From the NCBI GenBank assembly GCA_001790525.1, contig MGCU01000025.1, positions 14,576-73,840 on the forward strand: DNA of 59,265 nt, given 5' to 3'. The position numbers and the translations under genes are program-made. The notes beneath the pieces were generated by a model, which worked only from the letters and a program-made list of their open reading frames with translations, searched no databases and was not told the DNA's origin. Positions within the stretch are counted from its first letter, which is position 1; the number at the start of each line of letters is the position of its first letter. This document shows positions 7,037 to 15,935 of the stretch, in pieces. The DNA comes from Candidatus Saccharibacteria bacterium RIFCSPHIGHO2_12_FULL_47_16b. GTDB taxonomy: Bacteria; Patescibacteriota; Saccharimonadia; Saccharimonadales; UBA10212.

Positions 7037-8446
7037 ATGAGGCGGTTTCGGCGGACGACGCTGCTGACGGTGGCCTGTCTGGCTGTGCTCGTCGGAATTG
7101 GCCTGGCCAAAATAATTTCCTTTGAACTGCCAATTTGGGGGTTATTGTTTATTGTTTTTTGTTTATCGCTCAGACCAAAAAGAACGATCGTTCTAATATT
7201 AGTGGTCCTTTTCGGTCTGAGCTTAGGCTTGTGGCGCGGCGGAGCGTTCGCGCAAAAACTCGGTCAGATTAAATCCTTAAGTGGTCAGCAAGTGACTATT
7301 CAGGCAATAGCCTCAAGCGATGCCATTTATTCCACTGCCTCGCAGCTAGAGTTCACTGTTAAAAATGTGCAGCTAGCGCCCGACAGTCAGCCGCTGGCCG
7401 GCAGTTTTAAAATCAGCGGCTTTGGCGAGCCAATGATTTACCGTGGCGACCAAGTCCTAATTTCCGGCAAAATTTATCCGATGCGCGGTGCCAATCAAGC
7501 CAGAATAGCTTATGCCCAGCTCGATAAAATTGGCGAGGATAATGCTTTCATGAATCGCTTTACGCGCGATTTCAAGGCCGGCATGTACAGCGCCTTGCCC
7601 GAACCAAATGCTTCGTTTGGTCTTGGTCTTTTAATCGGCCAGCGCAATAATTTGCCAAGCGAATTAACCACTCAATTGATTATGGTTGGACTAGTTCACA
7701 TCGTTGCCGTATCCGGCTATAACTTGACCATTATCATTCGGGCCGTATCACGGTTGGAACTTGGCTCCAAATTTCAGCGTCTGGCAGCTTCATTATTACT
7801 GATAGCCGGCTTTTTACTAATGACCGGCTTTAGTGCCTCAATTGTCAGAGCCTCACTTGTAGCTGTGCTTGGGTTGTGGGCATGGTACTACGGCCGCAAA
7901 TTCAAACCGGTTCTGCTTATCGCTCTGGCGGCAGCTGTTACAGGACTGGCCAATCCTTTTTATGTGTGGGGCGATCTAGGTTGGTACTTGTCATTCTTGG
8001 CCTTCTTTGGGGTGTTGGTGATTGCACCACTAGTTGCTCAAAGATTTAAACGCCGGCCAAAAAATTTGACTATGGTGGTCATTGAAACACTCTGTGCGGA
8101 AATCATGACCCTGCCGCTGATTATGGCAAGCTTCGGTCAATTATCTTTAGTCGCCTTAGTAGCTAACGCTTTAGTAGTGCCGCTGATACCTTTTGCCATG
8201 CTGCTATCCGCCATCGCTGCAGCCGGCGGTATGTGGTTAACACCGGTTGCCGGTTGGCTGGCTTGGCCGGCCAACTTGCTTTTGACTTACATTTTAGACA
8301 TTGCCCACTGGTTTTCGAGCATTCCATCAATCTTTTTGCATCGGTCTATTAGCACCTTTAGCATGCTCGGCTTTTACGGCGCCGTGTTGATATTTGTCTT
8401 GGCTATCCACAAACACCGCAAAAAACCCGCGACTGCTAAAATATAG
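7037..8446 (+). CDS. comEC: ComEC/Rec2 family DNA internalisation channel (short form, no C-terminal metallo-beta-lactamase domain)
   Basis: Polytopic membrane protein with ...GLGLLIGQRNNLPSEL...GLVHIVAVSGYNLTII..., the competence-domain signature. At 469 aa it ends right after the membrane domain. Confidence 0.8.
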   Translation: MRRFRRTTLLTVACLAVLVGIGLAKIISFELPIWGLLFIVFCLSLRPKRTIVLILVVLFGLSLGLWRGGAFAQKLGQIKSLSGQQVTIQAIASSDAIYSTASQLEFTVKNVQLAPDSQPLAGSFKISGFGEPMIYRGDQVLISGKIYPMRGANQARIAYAQLDKIGEDNAFMNRFTRDFKAGMYSALPEPNASFGLGLLIGQRNNLPSELTTQLIMVGLVHIVAVSGYNLTIIIRAVSRLELGSKFQRLAASLLLIAGFLLMTGFSASIVRASLVAVLGLWAWYYGRKFKPVLLIALAAAVTGLANPFYVWGDLGWYLSFLAFFGVLVIAPLVAQRFKRRPKNLTMVVIETLCAEIMTLPLIMASFGQLSLVALVANALVVPLIPFAMLLSAIAAAGGMWLTPVAGWLAWPANLLLTYILDIAHWFSSIPSIFLHRSISTFSMLGFYGAVLIFVLAIHKHRKKPATAKI

Positions 8447-8461
8447 GAGAGAGGAGTCGAG

Positions 8462-9193
8462 GTGTCAGGGCACAGTAAATGGGCCACAATCAAACGAAAA
8501 AAAGGAGTGACGGACGCCAAGCGCGGCGCGCTGTTTACCAAACTTGGTAATCAAATTGCCATTGCCGCTCGCGGCGGCACCGACCCAAACTTAAATTCGG
8601 CATTGGCTATGGTGATTGAAAAAGCCAAAGCTGCCAATATGCCAATGAGCAACATCGAGCGTTCGATTCAGCGCGTTAAAGATAAATCAGCCGCCCAACT
8701 AGAGGAAATTACTTATGAGGGCTATGGGCCGGGCGGTATCGCCGTGATCGTTGAGGTAGCAACCGATAATAAAAATCGGACATATCCCGAAGTTCGACTG
8801 GCTTTTACCAAGCATGGTGGTCATCTGGCTGACCCGGGTAGTGTGGCCTTTCAGTTCGCTCATAAGGGCATAATTCGAGTGAAGGGAACAGGCGAAGACT
8901 TGCAACTTAAGGCTATCGAAGCCGGCGCCGACGATATTTATGAAGAGCCAGAAACCGGCGAAACGGTTATTTATAGCCCTGCCAACGAACTGGCCAAAGT
9001 CCGCTCAGCTTTAATCGAGGCCGGGCTGGAAATTGTTGAGGCCCAGATTGGGTACGAACCAAACGCCATCATCAAAATCGAAGAAGCTGACACCGCCCGC
9101 AAAGTCATCAACTTGATGAACGCTTTGGAAGATATAGAAGAAGCGACCAATACCTATACCAACTTCGACATTCCTGAGGACATTAATATCTGA
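8462..9193 (+). CDS. yebC: YebC/PmpR family transcriptional regulator
   Basis: GTG start after GGAGAGAGGAG. The N-terminus SGHSKWATIKRKKG..DAKRG..FTKL is diagnostic. Confidence 0.9.
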   Translation: MSGHSKWATIKRKKGVTDAKRGALFTKLGNQIAIAARGGTDPNLNSALAMVIEKAKAANMPMSNIERSIQRVKDKSAAQLEEITYEGYGPGGIAVIVEVATDNKNRTYPEVRLAFTKHGGHLADPGSVAFQFAHKGIIRVKGTGEDLQLKAIEAGADDIYEEPETGETVIYSPANELAKVRSALIEAGLEIVEAQIGYEPNAIIKIEEADTARKVINLMNALEDIEEATNTYTNFDIPEDINI

Positions 9194-9206
9194 GTCTAAG
9201 GTTGTT

Positions 9207-9575
9207 ATGATGGAACTGGTGAAAACATTAAAAAAATTTATATTAGTTATTTTCGCACTCAGCCTTTTGACGACTACACTTATCTACTTTAAAACTCCAA
9301 ATTACAGCCTTGACTACGAGTCGATTGGTTGGAATTGCCCCGGGATTCCGTATAGTGTTGGACGGGGGAATTTAAGGGTTGGTTTTCCGATCCATAGCCA
9401 GATCCGAACAGAAATTTATGGAACATGCGGAGAAATTTCCAACAAGTTAAGAGCGAGAGATCTGCTCAGTGTTCTAAAAACTTGGCAGTTCTATGCTGAT
9501 TGGATTTTTTGGAGCTTGCCTCTGTTAGCAGCTGGCTATCTTATCAAGAATCAATATGCGCATAATCGGCATTGA
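9207..9575 (+). CDS. Hypothetical membrane protein
   Basis: 122 aa with N- and C-terminal hydrophobic segments. Overlaps the ruvC start by 20 nt. Confidence 0.4.
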   Translation: MMELVKTLKKFILVIFALSLLTTTLIYFKTPNYSLDYESIGWNCPGIPYSVGRGNLRVGFPIHSQIRTEIYGTCGEISNKLRARDLLSVLKTWQFYADWIFWSLPLLAAGYLIKNQYAHNRH

Positions 9576-10035
9576 TCCCGGCACCGGTTTACTGGGTTTT
9601 GGCATTATTGAGGTTGCCAAAAATGGCAAGCTGATGCTCGTTGACGGCGGTGTCATCCGGACACCGCAAAAAGAAGACGATGCCCAGCGTCTGGCCATTA
9701 TTTTTGATGAACTTTCCGAAATTATTGCTGGAACCAAACCAGCCGAAATGGCGGTTGAAAAACTGTACTTTGCCCAAAACGTCACCACCGCCATGGCGGT
9801 AGCTCAAGCCCGCGGTGTAGCCATAGTCGCCGGCAAGCAAGCTGGACTTGAAATTTCTGAATATACACCGTTACAGATTAAACAAGCGCTTACAGGCTAT
9901 GGCCGAGCCGACAAAAAACAAATCCAAGAAATGGTACGCGTTCTGCTGGGTTTAAAAGTAGTACCCAAACCTGATGACTGCGCCGACGCCCTCGCTTGCG
10001 CCATCACACACGCCATGACCCATCAACAAAAATAG
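9556..10035 (+). CDS. ruvC: Holliday junction resolvase RuvC
   Basis: MRIIGIDPGTGLLGFGIIE... and a C-terminal ...PDDCADALACAITH motif. Confidence 0.9.
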   Translation: MRIIGIDPGTGLLGFGIIEVAKNGKLMLVDGGVIRTPQKEDDAQRLAIIFDELSEIIAGTKPAEMAVEKLYFAQNVTTAMAVAQARGVAIVAGKQAGLEISEYTPLQIKQALTGYGRADKKQIQEMVRVLLGLKVVPKPDDCADALACAITHAMTHQQK

Positions 10036-10059
10036 CCATTCCAAGGAGGCTCCTTGGAA
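10036..10059. repeat. Left flanking hairpin of the Y1-transposase unit
   Basis: CCAT-TCCAAGGAG-g-CTCCTTGGA-A (TCCAAGGAG pairs with CTCCTTGGA). Starts at the first nt after the ruvC stop. Confidence 0.85.
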
Positions 10060-10671
10060 TTATGTGTCCGCTAGCTGAGATTTTACTTCATCAATGACAC
10101 GTTTATGATCTTCATAATTGGCAACAAAACTTTGGTAATCATCCCCTTCAAAAAGATCCAGTATCCGCTGAGGATTTAACCAACCAGCACTTCTAGTTTC
10201 TAAATAGTAGGGAAGGCTTGACCACTCATATTGTCTGTAATTAGGAGGGTTTAAATGAAGGTAACGCGATATGTGTTGCAGATACTCATCCCTGGTAATG
10301 AGAGAAGCTTTAAATCGATCTTGAAAGAGAGGGCCTGAACGACTGTATTTTTTATTAAAGAAACCTGTATAAGAAGTACAGAGACCACTAAGAAGTCTCG
10401 TCATAGCTCTTGAATCTTTTTGATACAGCAGAAGATGGAAATGATTTGGCATGAGACAGAATGCTGACAACTCTATTCTCTTATGCAGCCATTCGTATTC
10501 TCTTCCTTTATTATCCTTGACTGGTGTTTTATCAAGATACCTTTTCAATAAACTAAGAAATACTGCATAGTCTCTATCTTGTAAAAAAATCCTTCGCTTA
10601 TTAACACCACGGTTATAGACGTGATAGAAACTATCCTCAAGATAAATTTTCTCGAGATTGCGACTTGGCAT
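10060..10671 (-). CDS. IS200-like / REP-associated tyrosine transposase (Y1, HUH) family protein
   Basis: FYHVYNRGVNKRRIF ... FCLMPNHFHLLLYQ (HUH motif = HFH) ... GPLFQDRFKAS ... ISRYLHLNP (catalytic Tyr region). Confidence 0.8.
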   Translation of the reverse strand: MPSRNLEKIYLEDSFYHVYNRGVNKRRIFLQDRDYAVFLSLLKRYLDKTPVKDNKGREYEWLHKRIELSAFCLMPNHFHLLLYQKDSRAMTRLLSGLCTSYTGFFNKKYSRSGPLFQDRFKASLITRDEYLQHISRYLHLNPPNYRQYEWSSLPYYLETRSAGWLNPQRILDLFEGDDYQSFVANYEDHKRVIDEVKSQLADT

Positions 10672-10696
10672 AGAAGAATTTTAAACCATATTCCCC

Positions 10697-10720
10697 ACCA
10701 TTCCAAGGAGGCTCCTTGGA
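10697..10720. repeat. Right flanking hairpin of the Y1-transposase unit
   Basis: Identical 24-mer CCATTCCAAGGAGGCTCCTTGGAA. Confidence 0.85.
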
Positions 10721-10747
10721 AACAGGATTTGATGGGATAATAGAATA

Positions 10748-11320
10748 ATGATTGTTACATTGGAAGGTACGATTGCCGAAAAAATCGGACAGGCCGTAAT
10801 TTTGGATGTTGGCGGTGTGGGTTATGGTCTGCTGGTCAGTTTCGAAGATTTTGGGGCTCTAAAAGTCGGTGCTAAAGCCAAACTTTACGTTCATGAATCA
10901 ATTCGCGATAATGCTTTTGATTTATTTGGTTTCAGAACCGAAGAATCAAAAAGACTATTTGAGCAATTGTTGTCAGTTAAAGGTATTGGCCCGAGGATGG
11001 CACTAGCAATTTTAAGCGTTGCCTCAATCGAGCACGTCCGCCAGGCGATAGCCGGTGGCGACGTTAAGTTCATTTCACAGGCCAAAGGCGTCGGCCGTAA
11101 AGCCGCCGAACGCGTAGTAGTTGACCTGAAAGATAAGGTTGGTTTGCCGGCTGCCGAGCAAGCCACCGAATTTTTAACGACCATGGCTGATCCGGGTGAT
11201 GAAGCCTTGCAAGGCCTAGTGGCGCTGGGCTACTCTGTCCAAGATGCCGCCGAAGCCCTCAAAAAAGTTGATAAAAAACTGCCGGCCGCCGAGCGCATCA
11301 AACAAGCCCTTAAAGCTTAA
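10748..11320 (+). CDS. ruvA: Holliday junction branch migration protein RuvA
   Basis: MIVTLEGTI...GVGYGLLVS... then helix-hairpin-helix (LLSVKGIGPRMALAIL, AKGVGRKAAERVV) and the C-terminal domain III. Confidence 0.9.
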   Translation: MIVTLEGTIAEKIGQAVILDVGGVGYGLLVSFEDFGALKVGAKAKLYVHESIRDNAFDLFGFRTEESKRLFEQLLSVKGIGPRMALAILSVASIEHVRQAIAGGDVKFISQAKGVGRKAAERVVVDLKDKVGLPAAEQATEFLTTMADPGDEALQGLVALGYSVQDAAEALKKVDKKLPAAERIKQALKA

Positions 11321-11405
11321 GCTTGCTATATTAAAGCGGTTTTGGTAACTTAGTCACAACGTGTTACAAATCATGCGCAAGTATTGGCCTATGACCAAGG
11401 AGGTT

Positions 11406-11434
11406 TACCGCCCCGCAAGGAGCGGTATTTTTTT
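11406..11434 (+). promoter_or_regulatory. Terminator-like hairpin plus U-run abutting the carA start (candidate attenuator / SD-sequestering leader)
   Basis: TACCGCCC-cgcaa-GG(a)GCGGTA followed by TTTTTTT, ending 3 nt before the carA ATG. The only AAGGAG (11417-11422) lies inside the hairpin. Confidence 0.45.
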
Positions 11435-11436
11435 AT

Positions 11437-12468
11437 ATGGCCCAAACTAAACTCATTCTGGCCGACGGCAAAAGTTTTGCAGGCGTGGAAGCCAGCAAGA
11501 TAAAAAAAGGACGACCCGGCGAGGTCGTCTTTAATACCGGCATGACCGGCTATGTTGAGTCGTTAACCGACCCGTCCTACGCCGGCCAAATCTTAGTCTT
11601 TACCTATCCCTTGATTGGCAATTACGGTGCTCAAAGTCAAAAAAATTGGGAGTCGCAAAAAATTCATGTAACCGGGGTGGTAGTTAGCGAGTTGTCACCG
11701 GATTGGTCTCATGCTGATAGCCAGCAGTCATTAATTAGCTGGTTGAATGAACAGAACGTACCGATTATTTCCGGTGTTGATACTCGAGCTTTGACTAAAC
11801 ACCTGCGGACGCGCGGCGTCATGAACGGTGTCATCGGCGGTAAGCTAAATGATCTAAGAGGTTATTTTTATAGAACACCAAAGGTTCTGCCGACCGAGCC
11901 AAAAATCTATAATCCCAAACAAAAGAAAACAGTGGTTCTAGTAGATTGCGGCGCCAAGGAAAACATATTGCGTTCGCTGGTTAATCTCGGCTTAACCGTC
12001 AAGCGTGTGCCCAGCGGTTATGATTTTACAAATGAAGATTACGACGGTGTGGTCATATCCAACGGCCCGGGCGATCCAACCGATTATCCCGAAGCGATTA
12101 ATATCATTAAGAAACTGCTTAAGCAGAGCAAACCTGTTTTTGGTATTTGTCTTGGCATTCAATTGATGTCACTGGCCGTTGGCGCCAAAACTTATAAGCT
12201 CAAATTTGGTCACCGCGGCCACAACCAGCCAGTCAAAAACTTTGATACAGATAAATGCTATATCACCAGTCAAAATCATGGCTATGCGGTTGATGCCAAA
12301 AGTCTGCCGGCTGGCTGGCGGGTAACATATAAGAACCTCAACGACGATTCGGTGGAGGGCATTGTGCATAAATTCAAACCTTTCTTTGCTGTCCAATTCC
12401 ATCCGGAAGCCACGCCCGGCCCGACCGATAGCGCCTGGTTGTTTAACAAATTCCGGGAGCTACTATGA
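11437..12468 (+). CDS. carA: Carbamoyl-phosphate synthase small (glutaminase) subunit
   Basis: ...GEVVFNTGMTGYVESLTDPSYAGQILVFTYPLIGNYG..., GATase catalytic GICLGIQL, and HGYAV / FAVQFHPEA. Confidence 0.93.
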   Translation: MAQTKLILADGKSFAGVEASKIKKGRPGEVVFNTGMTGYVESLTDPSYAGQILVFTYPLIGNYGAQSQKNWESQKIHVTGVVVSELSPDWSHADSQQSLISWLNEQNVPIISGVDTRALTKHLRTRGVMNGVIGGKLNDLRGYFYRTPKVLPTEPKIYNPKQKKTVVLVDCGAKENILRSLVNLGLTVKRVPSGYDFTNEDYDGVVISNGPGDPTDYPEAINIIKKLLKQSKPVFGICLGIQLMSLAVGAKTYKLKFGHRGHNQPVKNFDTDKCYITSQNHGYAVDAKSLPAGWRVTYKNLNDDSVEGIVHKFKPFFAVQFHPEATPGPTDSAWLFNKFRELL

Positions 12469-12486
12469 CCGAACACATACATCAAT

Positions 12487-12524
12487 ATGTCCAGAAAAAG
12501 AACATATGTCGTAATTATGGACAT
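12487..12524. repeat. 38-bp palindrome family copy P2 (left arm degenerate)
   Basis: ATGTCCAGAAAAAGAACAT|ATGTCGTAATTATGGACAT. The right half is identical to P1. Lies in the carA-carB spacer. Confidence 0.8.
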
Positions 12525-12544
12525 GGGTTTTGGGAAACTGAGCG

Positions 12545-15500
12545 ATGAGTAGTTTGAAGCTTAAAAAAGTTTTGGTCCTGGGCTCGGGCGGTCTCAAAAT
12601 TGGCCAAGCCGGTGAATTCGATTATTCCGGCTCGCAAGCCATTAAGGCTCTCAAACAAGAAGGCTTGCAGACTGTCTTAGTTAATCCAAATATTGCTACG
12701 GTTCAGACAGATGCCGATATGGCCGATCGAGTTTACTTCCAACCGCTGCGTGCCGATGTGGTTTCTAAAGTCATTGCCCGCGAAAAACCGGATGCCATTG
12801 CCTTAAGCTTCGGCGGCCAGACAGCTCTAAATCTCGGCTTGGAATTGGCGGAATCTGGCGTACTTAGCAAATACCGAATCAAGGTTCTGGGCACCCCAAT
12901 AAAATCAATCAAAGTAACCGAGGACCGCGATCTTTTTAAAACCGAGCTAGCTAAAGTCGCTGTTAAGACGCCGATAAGTCAGGCGGCTTACAACATTAGT
13001 CAAGCTCTTAGGGCAGCCGCTAAACTCGGCTATCCGGTTATGTTGCGGGCCGGTTACAGCTTGGGCGGACTTGGCTCGGGCAAAATATCTTCGCCAGATG
13101 TTTTGAAACAAAAAGTTCGCGAGGCTCTGAAGGCTGTGCCGCAGGTTCTAATTGAAGAATACTTAGACGGCTGGAAGGAAATCGAATACGAAGTCGTCCG
13201 CGACGGCGCCGGTAACTGTATTACCGTCTGCAACATGGAGAATTTTGATCCAATGGGTATCCACACCGGCGAAAGCATCGTCGTGGCGCCGTCACAGACT
13301 CTCACCAATAGCGAATATCACAGCTTGCGGGGAGTCTCACTCAAAACCATTGAGCAGCTGGGCATAATCGGTGAGTGCAACATCCAATTTGCGCTTAACC
13401 CCAAAAACGGCGATTACCGAGTCATCGAAGTTAATGCTAGACTTTCTCGCTCCAGCGCTTTGGCCTCCAAAGCCACTGGCTATCCACTAGCCTTTGTGGC
13501 CATGAAGCTAGCTCTTGGCTATCGACTGGACGAACTGACCAATTCGGTTACCGGCTCAACCCCGGCTTTTTATGAACCGGCCCTCGATTATCTGGCAGTC
13601 AAAATACCTCGCTGGGATTTATCAAAACTCAAAAGCAGTGACCGAGATATCGGTTCGGAAATGAAAAGCGTTGGCGAGGTTATGGCACTTGGCCGCTCTT
13701 TTCCGGAAGCTTTGCAAAAAGCCGTCCGTATGCTCAACATTGGCGCCGATGGCCTAAGTTCTCATAAATTTAATTTCCAAAATCCAAAAGCCGAAATTTC
13801 AAAGCCAACTGATAGCCGCCTGTTTGCAATTTATGAGTGCCTTAAAGCCGGCTTAACGGCTGAGCAAGTTAGCACTAAGGCAAACATCGATAAATGGTTT
13901 GTGACCCAAATGGCTAGGATTGCCGTTCATGAACAAAAACTTAAAGGCTCCAAGCTCAACCAAGCACTACTTAGGCAGGCCAAGCAACTTGGCTTTTCTG
14001 ATAAAACCATAGCCGCTTTTCAAAAATCCGATGAAGAGTCAATCCGGAGCTTGCGTAAAAAATGGGGCATATTACCGGTCGTTAAACAAATCGATACTCT
14101 GGCCGGTGAGTTTGATGCCCAGACTAATTATTTATATATGACCTATCACGGTAGCGAACATGATATTGAGCCGATGGCCAGCAAGGCTGTAATCACGCTC
14201 GGCTCGGGACCTTATTCGATTGGCTCGTCAGTCGAGTTTGACTGGTGCGCTGTCAATACCGTCAAAACTTTGCAAACCTACAATTTGCCGACCATCATTA
14301 TAAATTCCAATCCGGAAACTGTTTCGACCGATTATGACAACTCCGATCGGCTCTATTTTGAACAGCTAACTTTGGAACGCGTTCGCGACATTGCCGACTT
14401 TGAAAATCACAGCGGTATTATCATTTCGGTCGGCGGCCAAATTGCTAACAACCTGGCTTTGCCGCTCCATCAAGCCGGCTATAAAATTCTTGGCACCTCA
14501 CCACAGTCGGTTGATCGAGCAGAAAATCGCCAAAAGTTTTCCCAAATGCTAGGCCGATTAAGACTTGATCAACCCGAGTGGACGGAAGTTAGTAGCTTAA
14601 GTAAAGCCAAGACGTTCTCCAAGCGGGTTGGATACCCCATTTTGGTACGCCCGTCGTATGTTCTTTCCGGCGGTGCCATGAATGTAGTTCGAACAGAAAG
14701 GGAGTTGAAGGGTTATTTGCATCGTGCAGCTCAACTTTCGCCCGACCATCCGGTGGTTATTTCCAAATTCATCGAGAATGCCAAAGAGTTCGAGATTGAC
14801 GGCGTGGCGGCCAATGGTCAAATTCTCATCTATGCTATTTCCGAGCATATCGAAAACGCTGGCGTTCATTCCGGCGATGCCACTGTGGCCTATCCTGCGC
14901 AAAAACTTTACTTAGAAACCATCCGCCGAGCCAGGCAGATTACCCAAAAGATCGCCGCCGAGCTCAAGATTACCGGCCCATTTAATATTCAGTTTGTGGC
15001 TAAGGATAATGCGATAAAGGTTATCGAGTGTAATGTCCGGGCTTCGCGCTCCTTCCCGTTTGTCTCCAAAGTTGCCAACCATAACTTAATTCAAATTGCC
15101 ACCGAGGCTATGCTGGGAGTCGAAAAGCCGCAAGCCTATCAGACAATGGATCTGGATTACGTAGGTGTCAAAAGCCCGCAGTTTTCCTACAATCGGCTGA
15201 AAGGCGCCGATCCGGTGGCTGGGGTGGAGATGGCCTCAACCGGCGAAGTGGCCTGTCTGGGGGATGACCTGCTGGAAGCCTTTTGGGCGTCGTGGCTGGC
15301 TGCCGATCAAACAGTGCAGGGAAAAAGCTTGTTTCTTAGCATCACCGATGCTTTTAAATCGAAACTACTCGACGAAATAAAGCAACTTTATTCTCAAGGC
15401 TGGCATTTTTATACGACGGCCGGTACGCACGCTTTTTTGACGAGAGAAGGAATTAAGTCCAAACTTTTATATAAAATTGCCGAAAACAAAGAACCGGGCC

Positions 15501-15760
15501 TGGCCTCGGCCATAAATCAAAAGAAGTTTCAACTAGCTATCAATATTCCAACTGGACAAAAAGACCAAAGCGACGGTTACATGATTCGCCGGCTGTGCGT
15601 TGATAACCACTTGGCGTTGGTGACCAATCCGCAAATTGCTAAATATTTGATGATGGCACTGGTAAATATCAAAAACCGTGAAGCAGAACCCAAATCGTGG
15701 CAGGAATTCGTGGCCCGTAAAGAGCAGCCGCTTAACGGCCAAACCACTAAATTACTTTAG
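12545..15760 (+). CDS. carB: Carbamoyl-phosphate synthase large subunit
   Basis: 1071 aa. Duplicated ATP-grasp halves (VLVLGSGGLKIGQAGEFDYSGSQA... and ...ITLGSGPYSIGSSVEFDWCAV...) plus a C-terminal MGS-like domain. Confidence 0.95.
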   Translation: MSSLKLKKVLVLGSGGLKIGQAGEFDYSGSQAIKALKQEGLQTVLVNPNIATVQTDADMADRVYFQPLRADVVSKVIAREKPDAIALSFGGQTALNLGLELAESGVLSKYRIKVLGTPIKSIKVTEDRDLFKTELAKVAVKTPISQAAYNISQALRAAAKLGYPVMLRAGYSLGGLGSGKISSPDVLKQKVREALKAVPQVLIEEYLDGWKEIEYEVVRDGAGNCITVCNMENFDPMGIHTGESIVVAPSQTLTNSEYHSLRGVSLKTIEQLGIIGECNIQFALNPKNGDYRVIEVNARLSRSSALASKATGYPLAFVAMKLALGYRLDELTNSVTGSTPAFYEPALDYLAVKIPRWDLSKLKSSDRDIGSEMKSVGEVMALGRSFPEALQKAVRMLNIGADGLSSHKFNFQNPKAEISKPTDSRLFAIYECLKAGLTAEQVSTKANIDKWFVTQMARIAVHEQKLKGSKLNQALLRQAKQLGFSDKTIAAFQKSDEESIRSLRKKWGILPVVKQIDTLAGEFDAQTNYLYMTYHGSEHDIEPMASKAVITLGSGPYSIGSSVEFDWCAVNTVKTLQTYNLPTIIINSNPETVSTDYDNSDRLYFEQLTLERVRDIADFENHSGIIISVGGQIANNLALPLHQAGYKILGTSPQSVDRAENRQKFSQMLGRLRLDQPEWTEVSSLSKAKTFSKRVGYPILVRPSYVLSGGAMNVVRTERELKGYLHRAAQLSPDHPVVISKFIENAKEFEIDGVAANGQILIYAISEHIENAGVHSGDATVAYPAQKLYLETIRRARQITQKIAAELKITGPFNIQFVAKDNAIKVIECNVRASRSFPFVSKVANHNLIQIATEAMLGVEKPQAYQTMDLDYVGVKSPQFSYNRLKGADPVAGVEMASTGEVACLGDDLLEAFWASWLAADQTVQGKSLFLSITDAFKSKLLDEIKQLYSQGWHFYTTAGTHAFLTREGIKSKLLYKIAENKEPGLASAINQKKFQLAINIPTGQKDQSDGYMIRRLCVDNHLALVTNPQIAKYLMMALVNIKNREAEPKSWQEFVARKEQPLNGQTTKLL

Positions 15761-15815
15761 ATTTAACAACGGTTTTTTGTTTTAACATTCTGGTCCAACA
15801 TTCTAGTTTTATCGA

Positions 15816-15853
15816 ACGTCCATAATTCGAACATATGTCATAATTATGGACAT
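15816..15853. repeat. 38-bp palindrome family copy P3
   Basis: ACGTCCATAATTCGAACAT|ATGTCATAATTATGGACAT, 56 nt downstream of the carB stop. Confidence 0.8.
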
Positions 15854-15899
15854 GTGCGTATCTGTTTTTAGAGAAAGATTTTTGTAGAGATTCGCTAGA

Positions 15900-15928
15900 T
15901 TGTCAAACATAAGCTTTTATGCTAAAAT
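15900..15928 (+). promoter_or_regulatory. Sigma-70-type promoter positioned for a leaderless transcript
   Basis: TTGTCA-N17-TAAAAT, then 7 nt to the ATG at 15936. No SD. Confidence 0.45.
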
Positions 15929-15935
15929 ATAAACA

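Larger units (their letters stand above)
10036..10720 (-). mobile_element. IS200/IS605-family-like minimal element (Y1 / RAYT-type transposase bracketed by identical hairpins)
   Basis: A 685-bp unit on the opposite strand between ruvC and ruvA. The identical 24-nt palindromic sequence CCATTCCAAGGAGGCTCCTTGGAA sits at both ends. Confidence 0.7.

Noticed and set aside
12282-12524. Minus-strand 80-codon ORF starting in the carA-carB spacer. There is a similar spurious ORF at 58297-58605.
   Set aside because: The ATG is simply the ATGTCC... end of the 38-bp palindrome, which starts with ATG on both strands. The rest runs antisense through carA.
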